A stretch of 64,000 nt of DNA, taken from positions 96,001 to 160,000 of the forward strand of contig CAWIEK010000044.1 of the NCBI GenBank assembly GCA_963835065.1. Reading direction: 5' to 3'. Positions 49,608-59,789 of the stretch are shown here, piece after piece. Within the stretch, counting starts at the first letter, position 1. Each line of letters starts with the position of its first letter. The notes beneath the pieces were generated by a model, which was given only the letters and a program-made list of their open reading frames with translations, was not told the DNA's origin and ran no database searches. The DNA is from an uncultured Chthonomonadaceae bacterium (GTDB taxonomy: Bacteria > Armatimonadota > Chthonomonadetes > Chthonomonadales > Chthonomonadaceae). Position numbers and translations under genes: made by a program.

Positions 49608-49949
49608 TCAGGCCACGGCAAACTCGGTAAGATAGCGCAGTTCTGGTGGATTGAACGCAAGGACAATATCTTCTTTAGGCACCCCCGCTTCCATGAGGTC
49701 TATTGTAATGCCTTCCTCCGTCCAATCCTCCTCCACCCAGATTTTGCCGTCTTTAATGCGGACGTGCAGCGTGGTATAGTTATTTCGCTTACCTTTCTCC
49801 CAGCCAACCGTAAGCAAGAGGTACTGGTCTGTTTGCTCATCCAAAATGCAAAAGGTTTCCAATCCCTGCACGGGCTGTTCCCACATCAGTTTGGCATGTT
49901 CCATGAGATACTGCTTGATTCGTTGGCGGTAACACGTTATTCTATCCAT
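49608..49949 (-). CDS. xisI: XisI family protein
   Basis: YLLLTVGW, IKDGKIWVEEDWTEEGI, GVPKEDIVLAF. Confidence 0.93.
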   Translation of the reverse strand: MDRITCYRQRIKQYLMEHAKLMWEQPVQGLETFCILDEQTDQYLLLTVGWEKGKRNNYTTLHVRIKDGKIWVEEDWTEEGITIDLMEAGVPKEDIVLAFNPPELRYLTEFAVA

Positions 49950-50353
49950 TGGATAACCTCCTCTTGTTCCACGTTCACAACCACAAGGCGAATATGATGT
50001 TTTTGCACAATAAGTTGAAAGGATGCGCGTTGGAATCGCTTTGTATATACCGTGTCACTGATTGCGAGATACAACCGCTCCTGCGGGGCAACCTCCTCCA
50101 GCAATGTGCGGTACACTTCATATTGGCCGAGAGCAGTCTCAAGTGAGTGAGCCGCAGATGGGTCAAGAAAGCTTTTGATTTCAATGACGAGGGCACGGAT
50201 GCTGGCGTTTTCACCTTCCGCTCTTTCAACACGCAGGTCAGCATAAACATCTATATCTACGTAGTGAATGCGAAACGGGTCGTCCGTGATAGTCCATCCA
50301 TCTTTGACAAGCGCGTTACGAACCGCATCATGAATTGTGTCTTTACTCGGCAT
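49937..50353 (-). CDS. xisH: XisH family protein
   Basis: KDTIHDAVRNALVKDGWTITDDP, IEIKSF, ALGQY, LYLAI. Confidence 0.93.
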   Translation of the reverse strand: MPSKDTIHDAVRNALVKDGWTITDDPFRIHYVDIDVYADLRVERAEGENASIRALVIEIKSFLDPSAAHSLETALGQYEVYRTLLEEVAPQERLYLAISDTVYTKRFQRASFQLIVQKHHIRLVVVNVEQEEVIQWIE

Positions 50354-50613
50354 TGTATCCTCCCTGTGCTAAATTCACCATTGGCGGCGATGTTCCTTCT
50401 AAACTGAGTTCATCTCCATTAATAATTGTGGGTAGGCGTACAGGCACAACTTTGCTGTTACAAAATTACCCAAACGGCGGCTATTTAAGGTATACTGTGC
50501 GGGTTGACGGCGTAGCCACAGCCGTCTTTTGTGTTGTGTGTCTTTCGATGGAGGCGAAAACAGGTGCTTCGCGTTTATCGGGGCGCGTCACGGCAACATG
50601 GCAACGCGAAACA

Positions 50614-50643
50614 TTGACAATCGAATCGGGCGTCTGATACAAT
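50614..50643 (+). promoter_or_regulatory. Sigma70-type promoter of recG
   Basis: TTGACA-N18-TACAAT with TGn extension. Confidence 0.7.
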
Positions 50644-50681
50644 CATGGGATAAACTAAGCCATCGCGCCTGTATTTAGCCC

Positions 50682-52796
50682 ATGCCCGACACCCAACACT
50701 CAACACCCAATACCCTGCCCCGCCTGGACGAGTCGCTGCGTCTGCTGAAAGGCGTGGGGCAGCAAGCCGCGACCGCGCTGGAAAAACTGAACCTGCGCAC
50801 GGTTGGCGACCTGCTGCGCCATATACCGCGCCGGTGGGAGGATCGCACCAATTTTCGCAGCGTCAGTGATGTGCAGTCGGGCGAGTTTGTGACCGTGTGC
50901 GGCATTGTGATTGCAGTCAGCACCACGTACCCGAAGCCGAAAATGGCGATTACCAAAGTGCTGATTGACGATGACGGCGCGGCTTTAACGCTGACGTGGT
51001 TCAATCAGCCCTACATCGAGCGGACATTCGGGGCGTTGAAACTGTCGCGCAAGCCGATTGTCGTGTATGGACAGGCTAAGCGCTCGGGCTGGACGGTGGA
51101 AATAGCGAACCCGGAATGGGAAGAATTGGGCGAGGATGGCGACGCGCTGGGCGCGAACCGCATCGTTCCCATTTATCCGGCAACCGAAGGCGTCCGGCAA
51201 ATCCGCCTGCGCAAGCTGGTGTGGGAAGCGCTGCAAAATTACAGCGATGCCATTGACGAAACCCTGCCTGCGGACGTGATTTTGCGGCACAATCTGGTGG
51301 GCGCGCGTCATGCCGCCCGCAACATCCATTTTCCCGACAGCGACGCGGATTTACTCGCCTCGCGCCGACGGCTGATTTTTGAAGAGTTTTTCCTGCTGCA
51401 AGTGCTGCTCGCCGTCCGGCGCAAAGCCAACGCCCACGAAACACACGGCATCCGCTTTGCCATTGCGCCCGACAAGTTAAAAGAAGACCTGGCGCAAATC
51501 GTGCCGTTTCAATTGACCAACGCGCAGCAGCGCTCCATCGGCGAAATCGTCCGGGACGTGACGAGCGGTCACGCGATGAACCGGCTCTTGCAGGGCGATG
51601 TGGGCAGCGGCAAAACAATGGTCGCGCTCGCGGCTATTCTCATGGCGGTAGAAAACGGCTATCAGGCCGCGCTCATGGCTCCAACGGAAATTCTGGCGCA
51701 GCAGCATGCCATTGTCCTGCGCCGCTTGCTGGAACCGATTGGACTTGCCGTAGAACTATCCATCGGCAGCCAGACCGTTAAGGAAAAGCGCGAAGTACGG
51801 GAACGCTTGCTCGGCGGGCAGTCCCGAATCGCGGTCGGCACACACGCTCTAATACAGGAAGGCGTTGAATTCGCCAAACTCGGACTCGTCATCATTGACG
51901 AACAGCACCGTTTTGGCGTCTTGCAAAGACAGGCCCTTGCCCGCAAGGGACAGCGCCCGCATATTCTCGTAATGACGGCCACGCCCATCCCGCGAACGCT
52001 GACGCTGACGCTGTACGGCGACCTGGACGTATCCATTCTGGACGAACTGCCGCCGGGACGCAAGCCGATTACGACGCACTGGAAAGCGCAGGAGAAACGT
52101 AATCAAGTATACGCGGCAGCACAAAGATTGCTCAATGAAGGCCGGCAGGTGTATGTCGTCTGCCCGCTCGTGGAAGAAAGCGAAAAGTTACAGGCTAAAA
52201 GCGCCACGCAACTCAGCGAGCATATCGCCAACGAAGTGTTTCCGCAGTACCGCGTCGGATTATTGCACGGGCAGATGAAGCCGGACGAAAAAGACGCGAT
52301 CATGGCGAAGTTCAAAAAGCACGAACTGGATATTCTCGTGTCCACAACCGTGATTGAAGTCGGCATTGACGTGCCCAACGCCAGCGTGATTATCATTGAA
52401 GACGCGGACAGATTCGGATTGGCGCAGTTGCATCAGTTGCGGGGGCGCGTCGGGCGCGGGCAACACGCCAGTTTTTGCATTTTAATGGCCGAACCGAAAA
52501 CCGAAGACGGACGCGCCCGTATGGAAGTAATGACCGCCACGCAGGACGGCTTCAAAATCTCCGAAGAGGACTTGAAGCTGCGCGGGCCGGGCGAGTTCTA
52601 TGGGACTCGGCAATCCGGCCTGCCGGAACTCTATATCGCCGACATCGTGCGCGACATGGACATCCTGACGGAAACGCGGGAAACCGCCTTCGCTCTCGTC
52701 GAGTCCGACCCAAAACTGCTAAAGCCGGAAAACCAGCCCTTGCGCCGCGCCTTAGAACGCGCTAAAGTCGGCTTTGACCTGATAAATGTAAGCTGA
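50682..52796 (+). CDS. recG: ATP-dependent DNA helicase RecG
   Basis: QGDVGSGKT, IDEQHRFG, TATPIPR, QLRGRVGRG, DLKLRGPGE. Confidence 0.98.
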   Translation: MPDTQHSTPNTLPRLDESLRLLKGVGQQAATALEKLNLRTVGDLLRHIPRRWEDRTNFRSVSDVQSGEFVTVCGIVIAVSTTYPKPKMAITKVLIDDDGAALTLTWFNQPYIERTFGALKLSRKPIVVYGQAKRSGWTVEIANPEWEELGEDGDALGANRIVPIYPATEGVRQIRLRKLVWEALQNYSDAIDETLPADVILRHNLVGARHAARNIHFPDSDADLLASRRRLIFEEFFLLQVLLAVRRKANAHETHGIRFAIAPDKLKEDLAQIVPFQLTNAQQRSIGEIVRDVTSGHAMNRLLQGDVGSGKTMVALAAILMAVENGYQAALMAPTEILAQQHAIVLRRLLEPIGLAVELSIGSQTVKEKREVRERLLGGQSRIAVGTHALIQEGVEFAKLGLVIIDEQHRFGVLQRQALARKGQRPHILVMTATPIPRTLTLTLYGDLDVSILDELPPGRKPITTHWKAQEKRNQVYAAAQRLLNEGRQVYVVCPLVEESEKLQAKSATQLSEHIANEVFPQYRVGLLHGQMKPDEKDAIMAKFKKHELDILVSTTVIEVGIDVPNASVIIIEDADRFGLAQLHQLRGRVGRGQHASFCILMAEPKTEDGRARMEVMTATQDGFKISEEDLKLRGPGEFYGTRQSGLPELYIADIVRDMDILTETRETAFALVESDPKLLKPENQPLRRALERAKVGFDLINVS

Positions 52797-52803
52797 GGCA
52801 GCT

Positions 52804-53289
52804 ATGACCTGCGCAGTGGTTCCCGGCAGTTTTGACCCGGTGACGAACGGGCATCTGGATATTATCGCGGGCGCGGCGCGGATGTTTGCCGACGTGCGCG
52901 TGGTGGTGGCGCGGAATTCGTCCAAGACGCCGCTGTTCACGGTTGACGAGCGCATGGAGATGCTGCGCGAAACCTGCCGTCCGTATGCCAATGTGCAGGT
53001 AGACTCGTTTGAGGGTTTGCTGGTACGCTATGCCGCGTCGCAATCCGCAACCGTGATTGTCAAGGGACTGCGCTTTGTGTCGGATTTTGAGTACGAGATG
53101 CAGATGGCGCTGGCGAACCGGCGTCAAAACGACGCGATACAAACCGTGTTTTTGCCGGCGGGAACCGAGTACGCCGCGCTGAGTTCCAGCATTGTTAAAG
53201 AACTCGCCCGTCATGGGGGAAATCTGGAAGGGTTGGTACCGAACATTGTCCAACAACGTCTCCAACAAAAATTCAGACCGGAAGCCTGA
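52804..53289 (+). CDS. coaD: Pantetheine-phosphate adenylyltransferase
   Basis: PGSFDPVTNGH, GLR..SDFEYE, LSSSIVKE. Confidence 0.97.
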   Translation: MTCAVVPGSFDPVTNGHLDIIAGAARMFADVRVVVARNSSKTPLFTVDERMEMLRETCRPYANVQVDSFEGLLVRYAASQSATVIVKGLRFVSDFEYEMQMALANRRQNDAIQTVFLPAGTEYAALSSSIVKELARHGGNLEGLVPNIVQQRLQQKFRPEA

Positions 53290-53302
53290 GCCGAAACCGG
53301 AT

Positions 53303-54091
53303 GTGGAAGCCGTTCCGATTGCCAACGCCCCTGTTGTGGAAGCCGGGATTGCGCCGGGAAACGCCCGCTCGCCAATGGACGCGCCCCGGTTCGCCGCGCC
53401 GATGCACGGCGGCGTGGATATTCTGAAATTATTGACGGAACTGGAAGATCAGGTGGAAAACACGCGCAAGGGGCCGTTCAATAGCCTGCTTGGGTTTGAT
53501 GACGACAAGTTCCACATGACCATTATGAAGATTCGCGCCAACCTGCCCGAAGAAATGAAGCGGGCGTCCAAGCTGGCGCGCGATCAGGAGCGCATCGTCG
53601 AAGAAACGCTGGAAAGTTCGGAGCGCATCAAAGAGGAAGCGCGGCAGGCAGCCCTCGCCGACGTGGAGCGGGGCAAAAAAGAAGCCGCCGCCCTGCGCGA
53701 TCAGGGTCAACAGCAAGCCGAACAGGAACGGCAGGAAGCGCAAAGCGAAGCTCGCCGCCTGACCGCCGAAGCCAATACCGCCGTTGATCTCGCCCGGCAA
53801 GCCGCCGAGCGCGAGTCGCAGGAAGTGCAGGCGCAGGCACGGGAACACAGCCGCCAAACGTTGGCGGAAGCGCAGGCGCAGGCCGCGCATCTCATAGCCG
53901 ACCACCCCATCACGCAGCAGGCGCAGGCAAGGGCGCAGGATGTGCAGTTACGCGCCGAACACGAAGCGCAGGCCGTCCGGCGCGGCGCCGACGATTACGC
54001 CCGCGACGTGCTGATGAACTTAGAGAACGTCCTGAGCAAAGCCACGCTGCAAGTGCAACGCGGACGGGAAATGCTGGAGAAACCACGATAA
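53303..54091 (+). CDS. Coiled-coil protein conserved after coaD (DivIVA/ATPase-b-like); start uncertain
   Basis: IRANLPEEM, RRGADDYA, RGREML. Confidence 0.8.
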   Translation: MEAVPIANAPVVEAGIAPGNARSPMDAPRFAAPMHGGVDILKLLTELEDQVENTRKGPFNSLLGFDDDKFHMTIMKIRANLPEEMKRASKLARDQERIVEETLESSERIKEEARQAALADVERGKKEAAALRDQGQQQAEQERQEAQSEARRLTAEANTAVDLARQAAERESQEVQAQAREHSRQTLAEAQAQAAHLIADHPITQQAQARAQDVQLRAEHEAQAVRRGADDYARDVLMNLENVLSKATLQVQRGREMLEKPR

Positions 54092-54210
54092 GGCATCAGG
54101 CATCAGGCATTAGGCATTAGGACATTCCCTCTTGTGCCGATCCAACACTTACTTTTGTAGTAACGCATTCTGGGATTGTTCTAATGCCTAATGCCTGATG
54201 CCTGATGCCT
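54091..54210. repeat. Inverted heptamer arrays (AGGCAT(C/T))n / ((A/G)ATGCCT)n
   Basis: Direct reading. Confidence 0.92.
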
Positions 54211-54224
54211 CCCCGGAGGGGGCT

Positions 54225-54795
54225 ATGCGCCTTGACATAACCGAAATACTGGGCGAGGTGGGCAAGAACCTGCCTTATGATATACAGGAACCGCCCCTCG
54301 TAGATGAAGATGTGGAATGTACGCGCCCGATTGAAGGGCGTATTACGTTCAACAACACGGGCGGGCTATTGCTGGTGACGGGCAAGGCCAATACCAACGT
54401 TGCCCTGCCGTGCAGCCGGTGCAATGAATACTTTGAGCAGCCTCTCGCGCTGGAAATTGACGAGTCGTTTGAACTGCGTCATTCCGGCGTCGGGACCGCG
54501 CACCACGCAAAACGTGGAAGTAATCGAAGAAGACGAAAGCCCGGTTGCGGGTAAACTGTTTGATGGACACGTCTTCGACCTGACCGAAATGCTGCGCCAA
54601 TACATTCTGTTGGACGAACCGACCCAGCCGCTGCCGCCCACGCAGACGGATGGCCGGTGCGCCCACTGTCACCGCCGCCCCGAAGAGGTGCTTCCCATAG
54701 CACCCGACGCGGACGCGGCACTGGATCCCACTGCGCCAACGCCCATCAACCCGGCGTTCGCCAAATTGAGTGAATTACTGAACAAGGAGGAGTAG
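54225..54795 (+). CDS. yceD: YceD/DUF177 protein, apparent frameshift near 54493
   Basis: LPCSRC; removing one G joins to FDLTEMLRQYILLDEP...CAHC...NPAFAKL; lies before rpmF. Confidence 0.85.
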
Positions 54796-54911
54796 GCATT
54801 AGGCATTAGGCATTAGGCATTAGGAAGTTGCCATATAGCCTTGTGCCTATTTTAAGCGGCGAAGACGAGACAGGCATTTTCCTAATGCCTAATGCCTAAT
54901 GCCTAATGCCT
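54793..54911. repeat. Inverted heptamer arrays (TAGGCAT)4 / (CCTAATG)4
   Basis: Direct reading. Confidence 0.92.
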
Positions 54912-54933
54912 TTCCCGAAAGGATAACCCAACC

Positions 54934-55131
54934 ATGCCTCTGCCAAAACGACGCCATTCCAATCAGCGCACGCGCAAGCGGCGCACCCATTATAAACTGA
55001 CGCACCATCCCGCGCTGGTTCCGAGCTTTGAAAAGCCGGGCGAGTTTACCCTGCTGCACCATGTAGACCCGTCTACGGGAAAATACAAAGGTCGGCAGGT
55101 CTTTGAAGCGCCGGACGAAACGCAGGCATAA
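54934..55131 (+). CDS. rpmF: 50S ribosomal protein L32 (Cys-less type)
   Basis: MPLPKRRHSNQRTRKRRTH, GKYKGRQV. Confidence 0.95.
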   Translation: MPLPKRRHSNQRTRKRRTHYKLTHHPALVPSFEKPGEFTLLHHVDPSTGKYKGRQVFEAPDETQA

Positions 55132-55132
55132 C

Positions 55133-56251
55133 ATGGCAGCCGCTCCGACCACAACTCAGACGGCAGCACAACCCTCCCCACCCAACGCCGTGGACGCGAC
55201 CCACAACTCCGTTCGCTGCGTGGCTGTGGACGCGATGGGCGGCGATATGGGCGCGGGCGAAGTCGCGCGCGGCGTTGTCGCCGCCGCGCAGTCGTCTCGG
55301 ATGCATTATCTGCTTGTCGGGGAACCGGGCGTTTTGCAGGCGGAACTGGCGCGCTGCAAATCGCGCCCTTCCAACGTGGAAATCGTTGCGGCCACGCAGG
55401 TGATCGAAATGACCGATCAGCCGACTGCCGCGTTCAAAAAGAAGCCGGACGCTTCCATTGTGGTTGCGGCGCGGCTGGTGAAAGAAAAAAGGGCGGACGC
55501 GCTCGTCAGCATCGGCAACACGGGCGCGGCAATGGCGGTATCGCTGCTCACATTGGGGCGCATACGCGGCATTGACCGTCCCGCGATTGCCACGCCCCTG
55601 CCGTGCAGTTCCGCGCACGGCACAACCATTTTGCTGGACGCGGGCGCAACGGTAGACTGCGACCCGAACAATTTGTACGAGTTTGCCCTGATGGGCGCGA
55701 TTTACGCGGAAGCCGTGTTTGACATTCCCAATCCCACCGTCGGCCTGCTTTCCAATGGCGAGGAAGACACCAAAGGCAACGAACTCGTCAAGCGGACGCG
55801 CGCCCTGTTTCAACAGGCGGCGCAGGGCGTGAACGGGCAGGTTCCGTTTCAGTATTACGGCAATGTTGAGGGGCGGGACGTGTTTCGCGGCACAACGGAC
55901 GTGGTTGTCTGCGACGGCTTTGTCGGTAACGTGTTTTTGAAGGCCAGCGAAGGCGTTGCGGAAATGATTATGGGCTTGATTAAGTCGGAACTGGGGTCAA
56001 GCGCATGGAAAATGCCGCTTGTCGCGCCTCTGCGTCCTTCTTTGCAGCGCGTCCGGGGGCGCATTGATTATTCCGAGCGGGGCGGAGCGCCGCTTTTGGG
56101 CATCAACGGCATCTGCATCATCGGGCATGGCCGCTCCAACGCTTACGCGGTCACAAACGCCTGCCGCGCCGCCGAACGCGCCATCGAACACAACATCATT
56201 GATCTGATTCGCAAGCGCGTCTGCGACATGCCTTCGCCGCCATCGGTTTAG
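55133..56251 (+). CDS. plsX: Phosphate acyltransferase PlsX
   Basis: AVDAMGGD, SIGNTGA, LDAGA, VCDGFVGN, GHGRS. Confidence 0.96.
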   Translation: MAAAPTTTQTAAQPSPPNAVDATHNSVRCVAVDAMGGDMGAGEVARGVVAAAQSSRMHYLLVGEPGVLQAELARCKSRPSNVEIVAATQVIEMTDQPTAAFKKKPDASIVVAARLVKEKRADALVSIGNTGAAMAVSLLTLGRIRGIDRPAIATPLPCSSAHGTTILLDAGATVDCDPNNLYEFALMGAIYAEAVFDIPNPTVGLLSNGEEDTKGNELVKRTRALFQQAAQGVNGQVPFQYYGNVEGRDVFRGTTDVVVCDGFVGNVFLKASEGVAEMIMGLIKSELGSSAWKMPLVAPLRPSLQRVRGRIDYSERGGAPLLGINGICIIGHGRSNAYAVTNACRAAERAIEHNIIDLIRKRVCDMPSPPSV

Positions 56252-56256
56252 TAAGG

Positions 56257-56367
56257 GGTTCAGGTTTCAGGTGTCAGGGAAGCGCTACTCAAGCGCTTTC
56301 TTCAAGTAATATGCCTGATATACAAATAGTGACTTCCTGACACCTGATACCTGATACCTGAAACCTT
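56257..56367. repeat. Inverted heptamer arrays (CAGGT(T/G)T / ACCTGA(C/T/A))
   Basis: Direct reading. Confidence 0.85.
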
Positions 56368-56390
56368 CCAGAAAGCTCCATTTCCTCATT

Positions 56391-57377
56391 ATGCAAAATG
56401 CAGGCATTGCCGGATTGGGAATGTGCGTACCCGACCGGATTTTGACAAACAGCGAACTGGCGCAGACCGTAGACACCAATGACGAGTGGATCGCCAGCCG
56501 CACGGGGATACGGGAGCGGCGCGTGGCTGATGCGCAAACTGCCACTTCGGATTTGGCGATAGTAGCGGCGGAACGGGCGCTTGTGGACGCGAATATGAAG
56601 GCGGAAGACCTTGATCTTGTGCTGTGCGCGACCACTTCGGGCGATTACATCTGGCCGGCAACAGCCTGCGTGGTGCAGGGGAGGATTGGCGCAAAACGGG
56701 CGGCGGCGTTCGACCTGGGCGCGGCGTGTTCCGGCTTCTGCTATGGACTGGCGACAGCGGCGGGATTTATACAGTCGGGCGCGATGCGGCGTATTCTTGT
56801 TATTGGTGCGGACACGCTGACCAAACAATTGAACTGGCAGGATCGGGGAACGTGTATTTTGTTCGGGGATGGCGCGGGGGCAGCCGTTGTCACGCCGTGC
56901 AATGTCGAAGAAGGCATTTTGGCGTCGTCGTTGGGAGCGGATGGCAGTGGCATTGAGAGCGTGTGGATACCCGGCGGCGGGACGCGCACTCCGAACACGC
57001 CCGAAACGCTGGAACAAAAACTCAACTGCATCAGTATGCGCGGGCAGGAAGTGTATAAATTCGCGGTTCGCATCGTGCCGGAAGTAGTTGAGGACGTTTT
57101 ACGCAAAGTGTGCCTGCATCCCGCCGACATTGACCTGCTCGTGTTGCATCAGGCCAACATGCGTATTGTCGAGTCGGCCGCGCACCGCCTGAACGTGCCG
57201 ATGGAAAAAGTGGTCGTGAATCTGGACCGTTACGGCAACACGTCCGCCGCGTCCGTTCCCCTCGCCCTCGCGGAAGCGCAGCAACAGGGTAGAATCAAGC
57301 GCGGCGACATCGTTGTCACCGTCGGCTTCGGCGCAGGCTTAACGTGGGCCGCCAACATCATCCGCTGGCATCGCTGA
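56391..57377 (+). CDS. fabH: 3-oxoacyl-ACP synthase III
   Basis: AACSGF, LFGDGAGA, HQAN, GNTSAAS. Confidence 0.97.
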   Translation: MQNAGIAGLGMCVPDRILTNSELAQTVDTNDEWIASRTGIRERRVADAQTATSDLAIVAAERALVDANMKAEDLDLVLCATTSGDYIWPATACVVQGRIGAKRAAAFDLGAACSGFCYGLATAAGFIQSGAMRRILVIGADTLTKQLNWQDRGTCILFGDGAGAAVVTPCNVEEGILASSLGADGSGIESVWIPGGGTRTPNTPETLEQKLNCISMRGQEVYKFAVRIVPEVVEDVLRKVCLHPADIDLLVLHQANMRIVESAAHRLNVPMEKVVVNLDRYGNTSAASVPLALAEAQQQGRIKRGDIVVTVGFGAGLTWAANIIRWHR

Positions 57378-57414
57378 CGAGTGCGTAAGGACGAATGAAA
57401 AAGGAGAGGGAACC

Positions 57415-57711
57415 ATGTCTCTGCCGGAACTGATTGCCGAAATAAAAACCCTGCCCCGCGCCGACAAAGCCTGCCTGATGAAAACCCTGCTGGACGAGTT
57501 GATTGAAGATAATGCGAAATTAGCCGAAGCAAGCATAGCGTGGGAAATACGAAACTCCCCCTCAGTGGCGTATGCGCTTCAGCAATTACTGCATAAAGAA
57601 CGGGCGAAAGAGGAAGAGTTGGCGGGACAAATTCTACCGGCTGAGTGCGCTGTTTGGTCGCCATATGATGCTTATGAGGCGGCAGATACTATGAAGAAAG
57701 CAACGCAATGA
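57415..57711 (+). CDS. Small hypothetical protein (antitoxin-like)
   Basis: SD GGAGAGG; MSLPELI...LPRADK...VWSPYDAYEAA. Confidence 0.7.
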   Translation: MSLPELIAEIKTLPRADKACLMKTLLDELIEDNAKLAEASIAWEIRNSPSVAYALQQLLHKERAKEEELAGQILPAECAVWSPYDAYEAADTMKKATQ

Positions 57712-57995
57712 AGTTACGCAGACGTTTGCATATCAAAATCAGACCAAATAAAGTTGTAATCATCCAATTTCCCGGCAAATGGAAGCATTTTGGGTGGGTA
57801 GGCACATGGACGGTTAATAGCTCTCTTGAACGCTCTTATGACTTGGGCTTTGCCAAAGTAACGGTGTTCATATCCGGCGCCGGTGCAGCGTACCGCTTGA
57901 AGCAGAAAGAAAAAGAAGCGTTGCGACAGGCGCAGCAGCCATTCATTTTACTACGTCCGGCGTTTGCGCCAATGGCAGATAATGGCAAGAACTAG
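57708..57995 (+). CDS. Hypothetical protein
   Basis: ATGA overlap with the previous gene. Confidence 0.5.
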   Translation: MKLRRRLHIKIRPNKVVIIQFPGKWKHFGWVGTWTVNSSLERSYDLGFAKVTVFISGAGAAYRLKQKEKEALRQAQQPFILLRPAFAPMADNGKN

Positions 57996-58060
57996 ATCAG
58001 GCAGTAGTATGGATAGGCTTATCTTCGTGCTTCAAACGATAGTAAGCAGGCGAAAACAGA

Positions 58061-58303
58061 ATGAAATTAACTCGTATTTTCAGTCATCCGGGGCGCATGA
58101 ACGGGCAGCCGTGCGTGCGCGACTTGCGTTTGACTGTGCGGCGCGTGGTAGAACTTGTTGCCACATATCCTGACCGAACTGAACTCCAGCGCGAGTACCC
58201 GGAACTAGAGCCGGAGGACATACAGCAGGCATTGCATTATGCGGCGACGTACCTTGATGATCGTATCATAACTTTACCTTCCGCTTATGAAACTGCTGCT
58301 TGA
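58061..58303 (+). CDS. DUF433 antitoxin-like protein
   Basis: PGRMNGQPCVRDLRLTV, YPELEPEDI. Confidence 0.92.
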   Translation: MKLTRIFSHPGRMNGQPCVRDLRLTVRRVVELVATYPDRTELQREYPELEPEDIQQALHYAATYLDDRIITLPSAYETAA

Positions 58304-58661
58304 TCAGGGTTTGCCACGTTCCCGCGTCGCGCTGCTGCAAGGCATCGGTATTGACGCTGTGCATGTTGGCGACATCAACATGGCGACCGCTGAAGATACA
58401 GAAATTTTGCAGCGCGGGCTGGACGATCAGCGGGTTATCGTTACGCTGGATGCTGATTTTCATACGCATCTGGCGCTCACGGGAGTCGTGTTACCTTCTG
58501 TGATCCGAATCCGCATAGAAGGATTACGCGCAGAGGGATTTACGGCGCTGATACAAACGCTTTTGCCGGAATGTGAAGCGGATTTGCAGCAGGGCGCAGT
58601 GGTGACAGTGCAGGAAGGACGTATTCGCATACGCCGCCTGCCGCTCTTGCCTCAGAATTAA
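58287..58661 (+). CDS. DUF5615 PIN-like toxin
   Basis: MKLLLDQGL, DAVHV, DTEIL, IVTLDADF. Confidence 0.92.
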   Translation: MKLLLDQGLPRSRVALLQGIGIDAVHVGDINMATAEDTEILQRGLDDQRVIVTLDADFHTHLALTGVVLPSVIRIRIEGLRAEGFTALIQTLLPECEADLQQGAVVTVQEGRIRIRRLPLLPQN

Positions 58662-58677
58662 GGAAGAGTAGTGCAAT

Positions 58678-59634
58678 ATGGGCAAAGTGGCTTTTTTGTT
58701 TCCGGGGCAGGGTTCGCAGAAGGTGGGCATGGGACGCTCGTTTTATGACCATTTTCCGCAGGCGCGAACGATATTCGACCATGCCTGCCAGACGCTCGGC
58801 TTTGATTTGCGGCATTTGTGCTTTGAAGGCCCGGAAGACGAACTGAAACAAACGGAAAATGCGCAGGTGGCGTTGTACGTCACGAGCATTGCCGCGTGGC
58901 GGTGTTGGGAAGCGTCGGCAAGTAACTGTGTGCCGGATGCGGTTGCCGGGCATAGCGTGGGGGAATACGCGGCTCTGGTCGCCGCCGGTTCGCTGGATTT
59001 TGCGGATGGCTTACAACTGGTGCGCAAGCGCGGCGAACTGATGCGCGACGCGGCGCAGAAAACAACCGGCACGATGGCGGCGATTTTGGGACTGGAAGCC
59101 GACGATGCCCGCGCCGCCTGCAAGGAAGCCAAGGATGCGGGCGCGGGATTGGTTACGGTCGCCAACCTGAACGGCGGCGGGCAAATCGTGATTTCCGGGG
59201 AAACGGCTGCGGTGGAAAAGGCGGGCGAGATCGCCAAAGCAAAGGGCGCGAAGCGCGTGATTCCGCTTGCCGTGTCCGGCGCGTTCCATTCGCCCCTGAT
59301 GGTGTCGGCGGGCGATGCGCTGTTCGCGTCCCTGTCCACAACCGCGTTCCGCAAGCCCACTGTGCCGATTGTGTCCAACGTCACGGCGCAGTTCGTGGAA
59401 ATGCCTTCCGACCTGACGGGCGGCCTGACGATGCAGGTCAGCGGAACCGTGCGCTGGGAGGAGTCCATGCGCCTGTTGCTGAACAACGGCTTTGATACGT
59501 TTATAGAATTGGGCAGTGGCGATGTGCTTTGCGGCCTGATGAAGCGCATAGACAAATCCGTCACGACCTACAGCGTCCAGGACGCGGCGGGCGCGCGGGA
59601 AACCGCGATTATACTGGACAAACTGCCGGAGTAA
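58678..59634 (+). CDS. fabD: Malonyl-CoA:ACP transacylase
   Basis: FPGQGSQ, GHSVGEY, VSGAFHS. Confidence 0.97.
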   Translation: MGKVAFLFPGQGSQKVGMGRSFYDHFPQARTIFDHACQTLGFDLRHLCFEGPEDELKQTENAQVALYVTSIAAWRCWEASASNCVPDAVAGHSVGEYAALVAAGSLDFADGLQLVRKRGELMRDAAQKTTGTMAAILGLEADDARAACKEAKDAGAGLVTVANLNGGGQIVISGETAAVEKAGEIAKAKGAKRVIPLAVSGAFHSPLMVSAGDALFASLSTTAFRKPTVPIVSNVTAQFVEMPSDLTGGLTMQVSGTVRWEESMRLLLNNGFDTFIELGSGDVLCGLMKRIDKSVTTYSVQDAAGARETAIILDKLPE

Positions 59635-59639
59635 GGATT

Positions 59640-59764
59640 AACCACGGGGGACACGGGGAACACGAGAAGAAAAGAAGATAAAGAAGAGGAAAAGGGAGCT
59701 TTTTGCATCGTCAACTGAACACGGCTGCCTCCTTTCCTCCCCGTGTTCTCCTTTTCCCCTGGTT
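59640..59764. repeat. Degenerate inverted repeat element with ACACGGGG units
   Basis: AACCACGGGGGACACGGGGAACACG ... CCCCGTGTTC...CCCCTGGTT. Confidence 0.65.
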
Positions 59765-59789
59765 AAGATGCTTTTTAAGGGTGGGCCGG

